64,000 nucleotides of DNA from an archaeon (lineage in GTDB: Archaea; Methanobacteriota_B; Thermococci; Methanofastidiosales; NM3): assembly GCA_004212155.1 (NCBI GenBank), contig RXIG01000002.1:47993-111992 (forward strand). The letters are read 5' to 3'. Made by a program: the position numbers and the translations under genes. Under the pieces are notes generated by a model. The model made no database searches, was not told the origin of the DNA, and saw nothing but the letters and a program-made list of their open reading frames with translations. Below, piece by piece: positions 20,838 to 30,873 of the stretch (position 1 is the first letter of the stretch; each line of letters begins with the position of its first letter).

Positions 20838-22142
20838 TTATTCGTTCCAAACGTGTTCGCGCTTGTCGATGATGCGTTTGGCTTTGTGGGTCGCGCGCGG
20901 CAGCGTGTCCTCGTCGTAGACCACTACCCGCGCGGAGACGCCGAGCGCAGCTTTGATGTCGTGTTGGATCTTTTGTTCGAGCAGGGCGAGATTGCCTTTG
21001 AATCTATCGACGTGTTCCGTTTCCACCGTAAGCGAATCAAGGTGATTTTCCCGTGTCACGACGAGCCGGTACTCGCCGGTAAGGTCCTCGTTCGAGCGAA
21101 TGATCGATTCGATTGCAGAGGGCATCACGTTGACGCCCTTGATGATGAGCATGTCGTCGACACGTCCGTGAATGCCTGTCAGCCGCAGGTGTGTCCTTCC
21201 GCACGAGCACCGGTCCGTCTCGTACGTGACGATGTCTCCCGTCCTGAATCGTATGAGGGGCCGTGCCTCCTTCCTGAGCGTCGTAAGGTACATCTCCCCC
21301 TTTTCGCCCTCTGCGACATGCTCGTTCGTTTCGGGATCGATCACCTCGAGGAGCATGTGGTCCTCCGCAAGGTGGAGGCCCTCCTTGGCAGTGCATTCAC
21401 CCGCGCAGGCGCCGAAGATATCCGAGATACCGTAATAGTCGTGCACGCTGGCGTTCCAGAGCGATTCGATGCGGCGTCTGGTCGTCTCGATCGACCCTCC
21501 CGGCTCACCTGCGACAAAGAGGCGTTTGATCGACGATGCGGCAGGGTCGAATCCCATCTTCTCCGCCGTCTCGCCGAGATACCACGCATACGAGGGCGTG
21601 GTCCAGATGACGGTAGGCTTGAACTGATCGATGATCTTTATGAGACGTTCTGAGGGTATCGTGCCCGCATGGATGGAGAGCGCCCCGACCTTCTGGGCAC
21701 CAAGCACACATGGTCCTCCCACAAAGAGTGAGAAGTTGAGCGCATGACAGTACCTGTCTGTGTTGCGAAGGCCCGAGGAATAGAAGAGGCGTGCCTCGTA
21801 ATCGATCCATTCATCGAAGTCGCGCTGGGTGAACGGCGATGCTGTGGGCGCCCCCGTTGATCCAGATGATGCGGAGATGTAGACGACCTTCTCCTCCGGT
21901 ACGCACAGCATCCTTCCAAGCGGTGGCATGGCTTCCTGGTCCTTTCGGATGTCATCCTTGTCGCACACAGGGAGTCGCGCTATGTCCTGCATCGTGCGCA
22001 CATCCCTGCACTCCTTGGGTATGTGGCGCGCATAATATGGGCTTTGTTTCACTGCATGGCGTACCGTTGCCCGCACCTTCTTGAGTTGGTAGTCCTCGAG
22101 TTCCTCGCGTGGCATCGTCTCTATAGGGTCCCAGTATGTCAT
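20838..22142 (-). CDS. paaK: Phenylacetate-CoA ligase family protein
   Basis: SSGSTG, TPSYA, AGEPG, YGISDI, RFRTGD, GRVDDMLIIKGVNV. Confidence 0.9.
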   Translation of the reverse strand: MTYWDPIETMPREELEDYQLKKVRATVRHAVKQSPYYARHIPKECRDVRTMQDIARLPVCDKDDIRKDQEAMPPLGRMLCVPEEKVVYISASSGSTGAPTASPFTQRDFDEWIDYEARLFYSSGLRNTDRYCHALNFSLFVGGPCVLGAQKVGALSIHAGTIPSERLIKIIDQFKPTVIWTTPSYAWYLGETAEKMGFDPAASSIKRLFVAGEPGGSIETTRRRIESLWNASVHDYYGISDIFGACAGECTAKEGLHLAEDHMLLEVIDPETNEHVAEGEKGEMYLTTLRKEARPLIRFRTGDIVTYETDRCSCGRTHLRLTGIHGRVDDMLIIKGVNVMPSAIESIIRSNEDLTGEYRLVVTRENHLDSLTVETEHVDRFKGNLALLEQKIQHDIKAALGVSARVVVYDEDTLPRATHKAKRIIDKREHVWNE

Positions 22143-22325
22143 CTTGTGATTCACTCCCAGTAGCACAAAGAATTGAAGTAGTATTAATATAGTTTATTGT
22201 ATAAAATATTCTTATTATACTTCTTTATTTCCTATTGGTACTTAAGGCTCCTTCGCCGAATCAGATGGGGCGTATGGCATCGGGACCAACCAATAACCAT
22301 ATTAGCGCGCATGTAGAATAACCCC

Positions 22326-22967
22326 ATGCACGACATAGGGTGGCAGCTCGAACGAATAGCCGAGATGGTCGATGTACCACCGCGCCGAAGGGAGGATCCG
22401 TTTCGCGTGCTCATTACGACGATCCTCTCCCACCGCACGAGGGACGAGAACACTGAAAAGGCCGCTCAGATGCTCTTCGATGCATACCCTTCCCCCAGAG
22501 CGCTTAAAGATGCGCCCGTTGACGAGATCGAACGCCTGATACATGCAACTGGATTCTACTCCGTGAAGGCCGAGCGCGTCAAGGAGGTTGCGCGCATCGT
22601 CGATGAGGAGCGAGATGGCGTTGTCCCTGACACGCGCGAGGGTCTCGAGGCGCTGCCTGGCGTGGGGCCGAAGACGGCCAACTGCGTCCTCGTCTATGCG
22701 TTTGAAAAGGAAGCCCTTCCTGTCGATACTCATGTGCACCGCATCGCCAACAGGATCGGATGGGTATCGACCTCGTCTGCGGAATCAACGGAGCGAGAGC
22801 TTGCGGCCGTCGTGCCCCGTAGATACTGGGGAATGCTCAACGAGACGCTTGTCTCGTTTGGAAAGCAGATATGCCGACCCATACGCCCACTGTGTGCGCT
22901 ATGCACGATATCCTCCTCTTGCGACTACTACAACGAGTCAGTTTCACAAATAAAGGAAAAACATTAA
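22326..22967 (+). CDS. nth: Endonuclease III
   Basis: LPGVGPKTA HhH motif, VDTHVHRI, C-terminal CRPIRPLCALCTISSSC Fe-S motif. Confidence 0.95.
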   Translation: MHDIGWQLERIAEMVDVPPRRREDPFRVLITTILSHRTRDENTEKAAQMLFDAYPSPRALKDAPVDEIERLIHATGFYSVKAERVKEVARIVDEERDGVVPDTREGLEALPGVGPKTANCVLVYAFEKEALPVDTHVHRIANRIGWVSTSSAESTERELAAVVPRRYWGMLNETLVSFGKQICRPIRPLCALCTISSSCDYYNESVSQIKEKH

Positions 22968-23023
22968 GTCAAATGTCTCTAGCAAAACCAATAGGCTTAA
23001 AAGTCTCGCATCACGTGTTTTCT

Positions 23024-23335
23024 ATGGTGAGCAATGTGAGCGATCTTGAGTTGACCAAGGCAAGCAAGACGGACAAGATAGTAATATACAACAAGAAGGG
23101 CTCTATCGACGAGACCGCTTGTCTCTTTTGCGGAAAGAAGAAAAGCGACGGCGTATCCAAGATAGCTATCGACTACGGTGCGGGGGTCCTCTTTGCCCGC
23201 GTATGTCAGGAGGACCGGAGCAAGACGCTTGGCGAGTTCATCGCCGAGGCGGTATATGCAGCCTCCGAGGTCGAACTCGATCCTGAATCCAACATGCAGA
23301 TCGACTTCATCATGCACCAGTACGAGGAAGAGTAG
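23024..23335 (+). CDS. Small hypothetical protein with possible Zn-binding motif
   Basis: CLFC ... CQED; codon usage like neighbouring genes; start uncertain. Confidence 0.55.
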   Translation: MVSNVSDLELTKASKTDKIVIYNKKGSIDETACLFCGKKKSDGVSKIAIDYGAGVLFARVCQEDRSKTLGEFIAEAVYAASEVELDPESNMQIDFIMHQYEEE

Positions 23336-23345
23336 TCCTTCTCTT

Positions 23346-23909
23346 TTATTTATCATACAGTTCTGGAGAAAGGCGCGGCACCATCGCCATGAGGACGGCA
23401 TGGCGCGTGAAGGCGGTACGGTCGATATGCCCCTTTGAAAGCATGCCTATTGCGCCTTGTTCCCTTTTTATGTTTTCATTCCCGCTCAGTGTTGCGAAGA
23501 TGTCCCCGATCTCGTGACCCTTCTCGACCTCGCTCAGTACTGAAGGGGGATAGGCGAATCCTCCGCTATGTCCCACTGTCATCCATCCATCCGTGTCGAA
23601 TATGATGCAGTACTGCACATCGAGGGACACGCCGCGCACCGCATAGATGCCTGCCTCGATGCCGATGCCGTAAGTGGCACCTTCCACTGATTCGAGCGCA
23701 TGGCAGGCACGATTGCGGGCACCGTCAAAGATCGTTTCCAAGCCAATGGGCTGGGGCGGCACGTTGGAATCGGCCTCGCATGCACGGACGGTGCACGAGA
23801 TGCCACGCGCGTCGAAGATCTCACACATGACTTGTGATACTGCCCCTACCTTCACGGGATTTCTCGATCCCACCGACACGGTCAAGTCACGTGCCTGTTG
23901 TGCGTTCAT
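23346..23909 (-). CDS. yjjX: Inosine/xanthosine triphosphatase (non-canonical purine NTPase)
   Basis: VGSRNPVK, VPPQPIG, GARNRA, IGIEAG, GAIGMLS. Confidence 0.92.
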   Translation of the reverse strand: MNAQQARDLTVSVGSRNPVKVGAVSQVMCEIFDARGISCTVRACEADSNVPPQPIGLETIFDGARNRACHALESVEGATYGIGIEAGIYAVRGVSLDVQYCIIFDTDGWMTVGHSGGFAYPPSVLSEVEKGHEIGDIFATLSGNENIKREQGAIGMLSKGHIDRTAFTRHAVLMAMVPRLSPELYDK

Positions 23910-24492
23910 CCCGCTTCACCTTCTCGATCATGGCCCGTGCCGCATCGTTGGTGCCATCGATTTCAAGCGCGATCTCGGCAAAGGCGTGCGCCTCGGCGAG
24001 GTCCCCCTCGTCGTAGGCGATCTTGCTGCGGTAGACCCATGTCTCTGCATAATTGCCCATGATGGGCGAGTGCATGATCGTCTCGAGCACTTCCTTTGCT
24101 CGTTCCTTGTCGCCCATGTCGTAGAATCCAATGGCGCTCTGGCTCATGATCCGTTCGTTGTGCGCAGCTTTTGTCATGGCGGTCTCGAACGCGTTCCGTG
24201 CCTCGTCGTAGCGCCCCTTGCGCACGAGCAAAGACCCTTTCATGGCCAGGAGCTCGTGATTCTTCTTATCGTAGCCGTACGCAAGCTCGTAGCATTCGAT
24301 CGCCTCATCGTATTGTCCCAGTTTTGCCAAGAAGAAGCCCTTGTTCTGAAGAAATACGGGGTTCCCGGCACGCTCGCACAGAGCCTGGTCGACGAGATCG
24401 AGCGCCGTGGAATAGTCGCCGCGCTCGGCTGCCTTCATCGCTTCGCGATTGAGGCGTTCAGGGCGAAACATGAACTTATCGAACACTCCCAT
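23887..24492 (-). CDS. Tetratricopeptide repeat protein
   Basis: NKGFFLAKLGQYDEAIECY, KGSLL..KGRYDEA repeats. Confidence 0.85.
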   Translation of the reverse strand: MGVFDKFMFRPERLNREAMKAAERGDYSTALDLVDQALCERAGNPVFLQNKGFFLAKLGQYDEAIECYELAYGYDKKNHELLAMKGSLLVRKGRYDEARNAFETAMTKAAHNERIMSQSAIGFYDMGDKERAKEVLETIMHSPIMGNYAETWVYRSKIAYDEGDLAEAHAFAEIALEIDGTNDAARAMIEKVKRDERTTGT

Positions 24493-24702
24493 GTTTGTTC
24501 CCTCGTGCCCACGCTTATTAATTTTTTCCGGTGTAGGGCTTTGCGCATGGCGCATTGCCCCATGCACGAATCTCCCGCATTAAACGGTTGATTATCAGTT
24601 ATCCAAACCAGCAAAAATTTTTTTTCATTGACTGCCCAGGGGCGCCCCATATCCCCTAGGTGGCCTCTTCTATTCATGCAGGGGCACATGATGTGGTGTT
24701 TG

Positions 24703-25275
24703 TTATACACGGCGCGCTACGAACGGAAGCTCTGAAAGGGGTGTGATGAATGGGGGAATGTCTATTGATAGCTGATCGGGCGAATGGGCGTCGCTTCCAA
24801 ACGTTATCTGCACGCCTTGAGATTCCGCCTGCTCGTAGAGCCAGGCGGGACCCCCGTAGCTTGCGTTATATTCGATGGCGATGGTGTGTTCTGACATCAT
24901 ATCCAGAAGGTAGTCCCAATCGGAACACAACACCCCGGGGGCGAACGGGTGGGCCAGGATGTCGATGCGTTCCCGCACCATGTTGCCGACGAGGTCGGCA
25001 AGGTCGTGTCCGCAGGTTGCGTGAGCAAGCGAGTAGTCCGCCTTCATATGGCGTGCGCCGGTGCGGGGGATCGTGCGTTCGATGCCGAAGTATGCGGCAA
25101 TGCCTTCGAGCGGCTCGCATGCGGGGGTCGCATCGTGCATGACGAATCCGGCCGTCGCGATGCCGAGCTCGAGCAGCGTCACGTAATAATCAGAAGGCGA
25201 GAATCGGACGGGCGAGTGCGTGTCTAGGTGTATGTGTAGATCATAGATTCTTCCACGTGAATTGCTGTTTGGCAT
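24703..25275 (-). CDS. PHP-domain phosphoesterase (histidinol-phosphatase-like)
   Basis: YDLHIH, GIE, DILAHP, AIEYN, FGSDAH; start uncertain. Confidence 0.8.
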   Translation of the reverse strand: MPNSNSRGRIYDLHIHLDTHSPVRFSPSDYYVTLLELGIATAGFVMHDATPACEPLEGIAAYFGIERTIPRTGARHMKADYSLAHATCGHDLADLVGNMVRERIDILAHPFAPGVLCSDWDYLLDMMSEHTIAIEYNASYGGPAWLYEQAESQGVQITFGSDAHSPDQLSIDIPPFITPLSELPFVARRV

Positions 25276-26740
25276 ATGCGTCACGCTTGTTCATGGCGAC
25301 CTTGAGGCTGTCGCGTGCAAGGTTGAACTCAGGCATGAGCTCGAGCGTGGTCTTGTATTGCTTGATAGCCTCGTCGAGGTCGCCCTCCTCGAACATGATA
25401 AATCCCAGATTGTAGTGTGCCTCGGCGTAGTTGGGGTCTACCTCGACAGCCTTCTTGAAGTACTCCGTGGCCTTCTTGTAGCGTGACTGGAGCTTGTTGA
25501 TGACGCCCATGTTGTTAAGGAGGACGGCATTGTCGGGCGTTTTTCGCAACTGGCGCTCATACGCACTGAGCGCTTCTTCGAGCTCTCCAGCCTCGAAGTA
25601 GCAGTCGCCAAGCTCGCCCCACGCCCACGTGTTGTTCGGTGAGTCCTTGAGCACCTTCTCGAGTGCCTCGATCTTCTCGGCGAGGTCGCCCATGGACTCG
25701 AGCTCCTTTTGCATCTGTTCCTCGGAGCGATATGGGCTGTGCATGCGCATCTCCTCCTCGAACTCCTCTTCTGAGAGAATAGGCTTCAGGGCCTCGTCTA
25801 TCTCCTCCTCACCCTCGTTGTATGATACGGTCTGGAGCTTCGGCTCCCGTGGCACCACGTCCTCCTCGGTACGTAACGCATCGTAGAGGGAGGAGAGCAG
25901 CTGGGCAGCCTCTTTGTACTCCCCCTTGTGATAGTGGGTGGTCGCCTTATCCAATCGGGACGCATACGTGCGTTTCCTGCCCGTGTTGGCAAGCGATTCG
26001 ACCATGGTGAGCACGTTGGTGTAGAGGGTGTCGTACTTTTCCTTGTATCGGTATGTGACTACGTCGCGCTCAATGTTTTTTTGAACGCGTTTGAGGTAGA
26101 ATCCGGCGCGACCGTAGAGGCCCTCGTCCGCAAGCTCTATCGCCTTCTCGAAGTCGGGGTACATATGCCGTGATATCCCCTTGTCCTCGAGGTAGGATAC
26201 CTTCTCCTCGAGGTCCTCGATGAGCGACTGCATCATGCCTCGCTTCGTCATCACGGGTGTGGCCTCCTCCTCGCGGCGCTCCGACGTGTACTCTGCCAGA
26301 TTGTGCTGTTGGGATATGAACGCGTCATAGCTGCGGTCGAGCTCATCCATGACCTGGTACGGCACACGTTCGAGTCTGAGTCCGTTGAGCACCATGCAGC
26401 GCACGTCGCCATCGTGTTCGGGATGTATGACCATCATGACAGAGACGGGAAACGCGTCCTCGAAGCGGGCCTGGGTCTTGAACCGTTCGAACGGCACGAA
26501 CGATGTTCCTTCCTCTTGGGCATACCCCCACCCAATGAGCTCGAGGTGGGCCTTGTACTGCGGAAGTGATGCAACGGTATCCGAAGTGAACGACTCCATA
26601 TCCACATCGATTACATAGAGATAATTCTCGTTTTTTGAATAAAATCCATACAGAAGGAACGTTTCGTATTCCGTGGTCGACGAGACGACCATATCGTAGA
26701 CGTCCCTTAGTATTTTTACCCGAAGGGTCATGTCAATCAC
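25241..26740 (-). CDS. TPR protein with N-terminal degenerate MPN/JAB-like domain
   Basis: C-terminal TPRs (AWGELGDCY, LNNMGVI, AHYNLG); N-terminal VKI..V..E..LLYG..VIDV..LELIGW..TQ..F..VMMVIHP pattern. Confidence 0.75.
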   Translation of the reverse strand: MIDMTLRVKILRDVYDMVVSSTTEYETFLLYGFYSKNENYLYVIDVDMESFTSDTVASLPQYKAHLELIGWGYAQEEGTSFVPFERFKTQARFEDAFPVSVMMVIHPEHDGDVRCMVLNGLRLERVPYQVMDELDRSYDAFISQQHNLAEYTSERREEEATPVMTKRGMMQSLIEDLEEKVSYLEDKGISRHMYPDFEKAIELADEGLYGRAGFYLKRVQKNIERDVVTYRYKEKYDTLYTNVLTMVESLANTGRKRTYASRLDKATTHYHKGEYKEAAQLLSSLYDALRTEEDVVPREPKLQTVSYNEGEEEIDEALKPILSEEEFEEEMRMHSPYRSEEQMQKELESMGDLAEKIEALEKVLKDSPNNTWAWGELGDCYFEAGELEEALSAYERQLRKTPDNAVLLNNMGVINKLQSRYKKATEYFKKAVEVDPNYAEAHYNLGFIMFEEGDLDEAIKQYKTTLELMPEFNLARDSLKVAMNKRDAYAKQQFTWKNL

Positions 26741-26874
26741 TATACACTCTTTTATATGTTATTAAATACCTTTCTGTGGTGTGAATGTGATTTGTTAGTT
26801 GTAACGTTGTTTCTTTCCTGAAAATCGATGGAAACGTTTTAATAATCTTACAGACTGCATCCATATGTGGTAGA

Positions 26875-27606
26875 ATGAAGGTATTCGGTGTGTATGGGTA
26901 TAAGAATTCAGGCAAGACGGCGGTCGTCACGTCGATCATACGTGAGCTTCGTCGGAGGGGAAGGAGCGTGGCTGCGGTCAAACACGTTTCGCATCCCGAC
27001 TTCACCGTCAACGCCCCAGGGGTCGACACCGACCTCTTTTCAAAGGCTGGCGCCAGGTCGATAGGCATCCTCAGCGATGAGGAGACGACGATAATCTACA
27101 AGGACAAAAAAAAGCTGCTTGACATGATGCCGTTTTTCCATTCAGATTATCTCATACTAGAGGGATTCAGGCAGGCGCTTGTGCCCAAGATCATCACTGC
27201 GCGCAACAGCGACGAGCTCGAACAGGACTTCCGCAGGGAGGTCTTTGCCATAAGCGGCCTAGTCGCGAACGAGATATCGGAGTACAAGGGGAAAAAGGCC
27301 GTGCCGATAGGCAAGATAGAAAGGCTTGTCGACATCATCGAGGAGAAGACATTCTCGAAGATACCAGAGATTGACTGCAAAGGGTGTGGCCTCTCATGCG
27401 AGGAGATGCTCTATGCCATCGTCGAGGGAGAGCGGACGATTGACGATTGCATGACGCTCAAACAGGACGTCAAGATCTTCATCGGCGATCGTGAGGTCCA
27501 GCTCAACGCCTTCGTCCAACGGTTCATCAAGAACACGATCACTGGTATGCTGTCCTCCCTCTCCGAGTACAAGGAGGACACGATAACGATCACCATAGAA
27601 AAGTGA
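26875..27606 (+). CDS. mobB: Molybdopterin-guanine dinucleotide biosynthesis protein B with C-terminal Fe-S domain
   Basis: GYKNSGKT P-loop, VKH, DT..F..AGA, LEGF, DCKGCGLSC...C. Confidence 0.92.
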   Translation: MKVFGVYGYKNSGKTAVVTSIIRELRRRGRSVAAVKHVSHPDFTVNAPGVDTDLFSKAGARSIGILSDEETTIIYKDKKKLLDMMPFFHSDYLILEGFRQALVPKIITARNSDELEQDFRREVFAISGLVANEISEYKGKKAVPIGKIERLVDIIEEKTFSKIPEIDCKGCGLSCEEMLYAIVEGERTIDDCMTLKQDVKIFIGDREVQLNAFVQRFIKNTITGMLSSLSEYKEDTITITIEK

Positions 27607-27610
27607 TGGG

Positions 27611-28474
27611 ATGGAGCAGCGCCATCTGCGGGCGATCAGGGAAATGCTTTCGGATGATCTTGACGAATGCGAACTTGGCCTCATCCCCACACGCTATGAG
27701 CTCGTCGGCGACATCCTGCTCTTGTCCGTTCCAGCAGCGCTTCATCCAAAAAGACATATCGTTGCCGCCGCGTTTCAAAGCGTGCTAGGCGTCGCGTCGG
27801 TCATGGAAAAACGCATCGTCGAAGGCGAATATCGCATCCCAGCCCATGAGCTGCTTGCAGGGCGACGCACGACGACCGTCCACAATGAAAACGGCATCCT
27901 CTACAGCATCGACCTGTCCTCGCTCATGTTCTCATCGGGAAACATCAATGAACGCATACGGATGTCGCGTGTCGAGAACGTCGGCACGGTGATCGATATG
28001 TTTGCCGGCATTGGTTACTTCTCTCTTCCTCTGGCCAAGTATACAAGATCGCATGTCGTTGCACTGGAGAAAAATCCCCGTTCATACCGCTACCTGCTCA
28101 ACAACATCGCACTCAATCACCTCGAAGATCTCGTCTCTGCACACAATATCGACTGCAGGGAGTATGGGGGACCGCTCGCCTCGCGCATCGTCATGGGATA
28201 TGTCGGCACGACCGACCGATTCCTTCCCACTGCGTTCTCGCTTGCGCGGGACGGATGTATCATCCACTATCATCAGACCGTTCCGGTGGATGGGGCGCGC
28301 GAGGAGGTGGAACGGCAACTGTTTGACGCTTCTGCGGAGAGCGATGTGTCAACAAAGATACGCACGCTGCACATGGTCAAGAAATACTCGCCCGGTGTGG
28401 TACACGTCGTTGCCGACGTGCTGGTATCGCGTCGCGACACACCTTCCCGTGAAAAAGATTTATTAAGTGAGTAG
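27611..28474 (+). CDS. taw2: tRNA(Phe) wyosine-pathway aminocarboxypropyltransferase Taw2 (Met-10+/Trm5 superfamily)
   Basis: SSGNINERIRM, DMFAGIGYF, EKNP, IVMGY, HYH, VKKYSPG. Confidence 0.78.
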   Translation: MEQRHLRAIREMLSDDLDECELGLIPTRYELVGDILLLSVPAALHPKRHIVAAAFQSVLGVASVMEKRIVEGEYRIPAHELLAGRRTTTVHNENGILYSIDLSSLMFSSGNINERIRMSRVENVGTVIDMFAGIGYFSLPLAKYTRSHVVALEKNPRSYRYLLNNIALNHLEDLVSAHNIDCREYGGPLASRIVMGYVGTTDRFLPTAFSLARDGCIIHYHQTVPVDGAREEVERQLFDASAESDVSTKIRTLHMVKKYSPGVVHVVADVLVSRRDTPSREKDLLSE

Positions 28475-28489
28475 GGGGTATGTGCAAAG

Positions 28490-30220
28490 ATGTTTGAGAT
28501 AAAGGCCAAGGACGGCTTGGGGCGTATAGGTCGCTGGCAGGTCGGCAAGAAGACCGTTGAGACACCGACGATCATGCCGGTCATCAATCCAGGGAAGCTC
28601 ATCATCACCCCCCGCGAGATGAGGGAACGATTCGATACGGACGTTATCATCACCAATTCATACATTATCTACTCCTCTTCACGCCTGAGGGAGCGGGCGC
28701 GACGCAAGGGCGTGCATGCCATGCTCGACTATGATGGGGTCATCGTGACCGATTCGGGGTCGTTTCAGCTCATGCAGTACAAGGATATCGGAGTCACGAA
28801 TGAGGAGATCATCCGATTCCAGAACGAGATCGGCGTCGATGTCGCCACGTCGCTTGACATACCGACGCTTCCTGACGAACCGTATGAGAAGGCCGAGCGT
28901 GACCTCGAGACTACCTTGGCGCGCGCACGCGAGGCGCGTGCTCTTCGCGATGGACCCCTCAATGGCACTGTCCAGGGATCGACGCACCTCGACCTTCGCC
29001 GCCGATCGGCCCGTGAGATGGCGGGCGTGGGCTGCGACGTGCACCCCATCGGCGCTGTCGTCCCGTTGTTTCTCGACTACCGGTTCGGCGATGTCGTGGA
29101 TATCGTGCTTACCGCAAAACAGGAGCTCTCGCCAGCCGTGCCCGTGCACCTCTTCGGCGCGGGGCACCCCATGGCGCTCTCGCTGTTCGTGCTGCTCGGT
29201 TGCGACCTCTTTGACTCGGCTGCCTACGTGCTCTATGCAAAGGACAACAGGTATCTTACCGTTTCGGGCACCAAGAAGCTCGAGGAGATGCTCCACTTCC
29301 CGTGCATGTGCCCCGTCTGCAGGGAGCACACGCCCCACGACCTGCTTGCCATGGATGACGATGTAAGGACGCGCCTGCTCGCGCTCCATAATCTACATGT
29401 CACCTACGAGGAGTTCAAACGGATAAAACAGGCCATTCACGAGGGGACGCTGTGGGACTTCGTGGAGATGCGTGTTCGGGGCCATCCAAAGCTCTACTAT
29501 GCCTATCGCAAGGTGAAAGAGCATGCTGATTTCATGGCCCGTTTCGATCCCCTTGTGAAACGTTCGACCGCCTTTTACACGGGAGAGGAAACGGCATGGC
29601 GCCCGATCTTCAAGACGGCGCTTTCCCGTGCCCGCGAGCGCGTGAAGCCTTATCAGACCGTTGCGCACCCCATCTTCGGAGACATCCCTGCGTCACTCAT
29701 CCACACATACCCCTTCAACATGGAGATGGACCGTGAGCTCGAGGCGGACGTGCCCGAACGCACCATGGTGGAGGAGATCGCCGACTACCAGTTCGGCCAT
29801 GGCGCAGGAGCCCGATTATGCACGGGCGCGACGCTCTCACACTCGCGTAGCGACCGCGTGCGCTCGATCATGTCCGGCGACGAGGTCGTTGCCACGGTAC
29901 GCGCCCGCGACGGGCTGCTGATCCTCGGAACGGAGGGTCAGACACGACTTCATGAATTCCTGGCACCACCGCATTACCGTGTCGTCGTAGACAACGAGGT
30001 TGCCTCGTATGCCGAGGCACATAGTGACGTCTTCTCCAAGTTCGTGCGCGGCATCGACTCCGGATTGCTTAGCGGTGAGGAGGTGCTGCTCGTCGACGAG
30101 GGGGACCGGCTTCTCGGTTCAGGAACGCTGCTTCTCGCACCCGATGAGATACCTCACTTCAAGCGTGGTGTGGCCGTCAGGACGCGCCGCGGGGTGGAAG
30201 CTGAAGACGATCAGTCATGA
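28490..30220 (+). CDS. tgtA: Archaeosine tRNA-guanine(15) transglycosylase
   Basis: TPTIMPV, ITNSYII, TDSGSFQ, HLFGAGHP, DLFDSAAY, CMCPVC, C-terminal PUA domain. Confidence 0.96.
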   Translation: MFEIKAKDGLGRIGRWQVGKKTVETPTIMPVINPGKLIITPREMRERFDTDVIITNSYIIYSSSRLRERARRKGVHAMLDYDGVIVTDSGSFQLMQYKDIGVTNEEIIRFQNEIGVDVATSLDIPTLPDEPYEKAERDLETTLARAREARALRDGPLNGTVQGSTHLDLRRRSAREMAGVGCDVHPIGAVVPLFLDYRFGDVVDIVLTAKQELSPAVPVHLFGAGHPMALSLFVLLGCDLFDSAAYVLYAKDNRYLTVSGTKKLEEMLHFPCMCPVCREHTPHDLLAMDDDVRTRLLALHNLHVTYEEFKRIKQAIHEGTLWDFVEMRVRGHPKLYYAYRKVKEHADFMARFDPLVKRSTAFYTGEETAWRPIFKTALSRARERVKPYQTVAHPIFGDIPASLIHTYPFNMEMDRELEADVPERTMVEEIADYQFGHGAGARLCTGATLSHSRSDRVRSIMSGDEVVATVRARDGLLILGTEGQTRLHEFLAPPHYRVVVDNEVASYAEAHSDVFSKFVRGIDSGLLSGEEVLLVDEGDRLLGSGTLLLAPDEIPHFKRGVAVRTRRGVEAEDDQS

Positions 30221-30529
30221 GACATGGATGATGTGCCGGCATCACTGCGCCACACATGCCCACCCCAAAATATACGTTTGCGATTTTCTGGGCTTTGCCC
30301 ATATGCCCCTTGTCAAGAACGGTGATGCGTAAGGCCTTTTTTCCTGTAGGCGCACTACAAGCATCGCACATCGTATGCAGCATGCAGGCGAGCAGCACAA
30401 CGAGTCAGGTGCGCTTGCCCATACCCCGTTTTTCGAGTGGGCGTTGCGTGGCAACCCGTATCGACCAATAGTTTTATATTCGTGCGGTCGTACACACTCT
30501 TTCATTCATTTTTACCGAGGGTCATAGAG

Positions 30530-30865
30530 ATGGAATTCTGTCCAAAATGCGAATCTCTCATGCTCCCCACCAAACGGGACGGAAAGACGGTCATCGTGTG
30601 CACGAAATGCGGATACTGCCGCGACGTCGACGAGGTGGGTGACGCATCGAAGTATATTGTCAAGGAAAAGATCGAACACAAACCCAAGGACACGCTCGTC
30701 GTCATCGACGACGACGTCGATACGCTCCCCAAGACTCGCGAGGAGTGCCCAAAATGCGGCAACAAGGAGGCGTACTGGTGGGAATTGCAGACACGCTCTG
30801 GCGATGAACCGTCCACCAAGTTCTACCGTTGCACCAAATGTTCTTATACATGGAGAGAGTATTAG
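30530..30865 (+). CDS. tfs: Transcription factor S (TFS/RpoM)
   Basis: MEFCPKC..CTKC; CPKCGNKEAYWWELQTRSGDEPSTKFYRCTKC. Confidence 0.96.
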   Translation: MEFCPKCESLMLPTKRDGKTVIVCTKCGYCRDVDEVGDASKYIVKEKIEHKPKDTLVVIDDDVDTLPKTREECPKCGNKEAYWWELQTRSGDEPSTKFYRCTKCSYTWREY

Positions 30866-30873
30866 GCGATTGT

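Noticed and set aside
30220-30520. Intergenic gap between tgtA and tfs (also 11200-11420 and 24570-24700) as SRP RNA, RNase P RNA or small genes
   Set aside because: No SRP helix-8 or RNase P conserved motifs were recognised, and the short ORFs lack coding signals.
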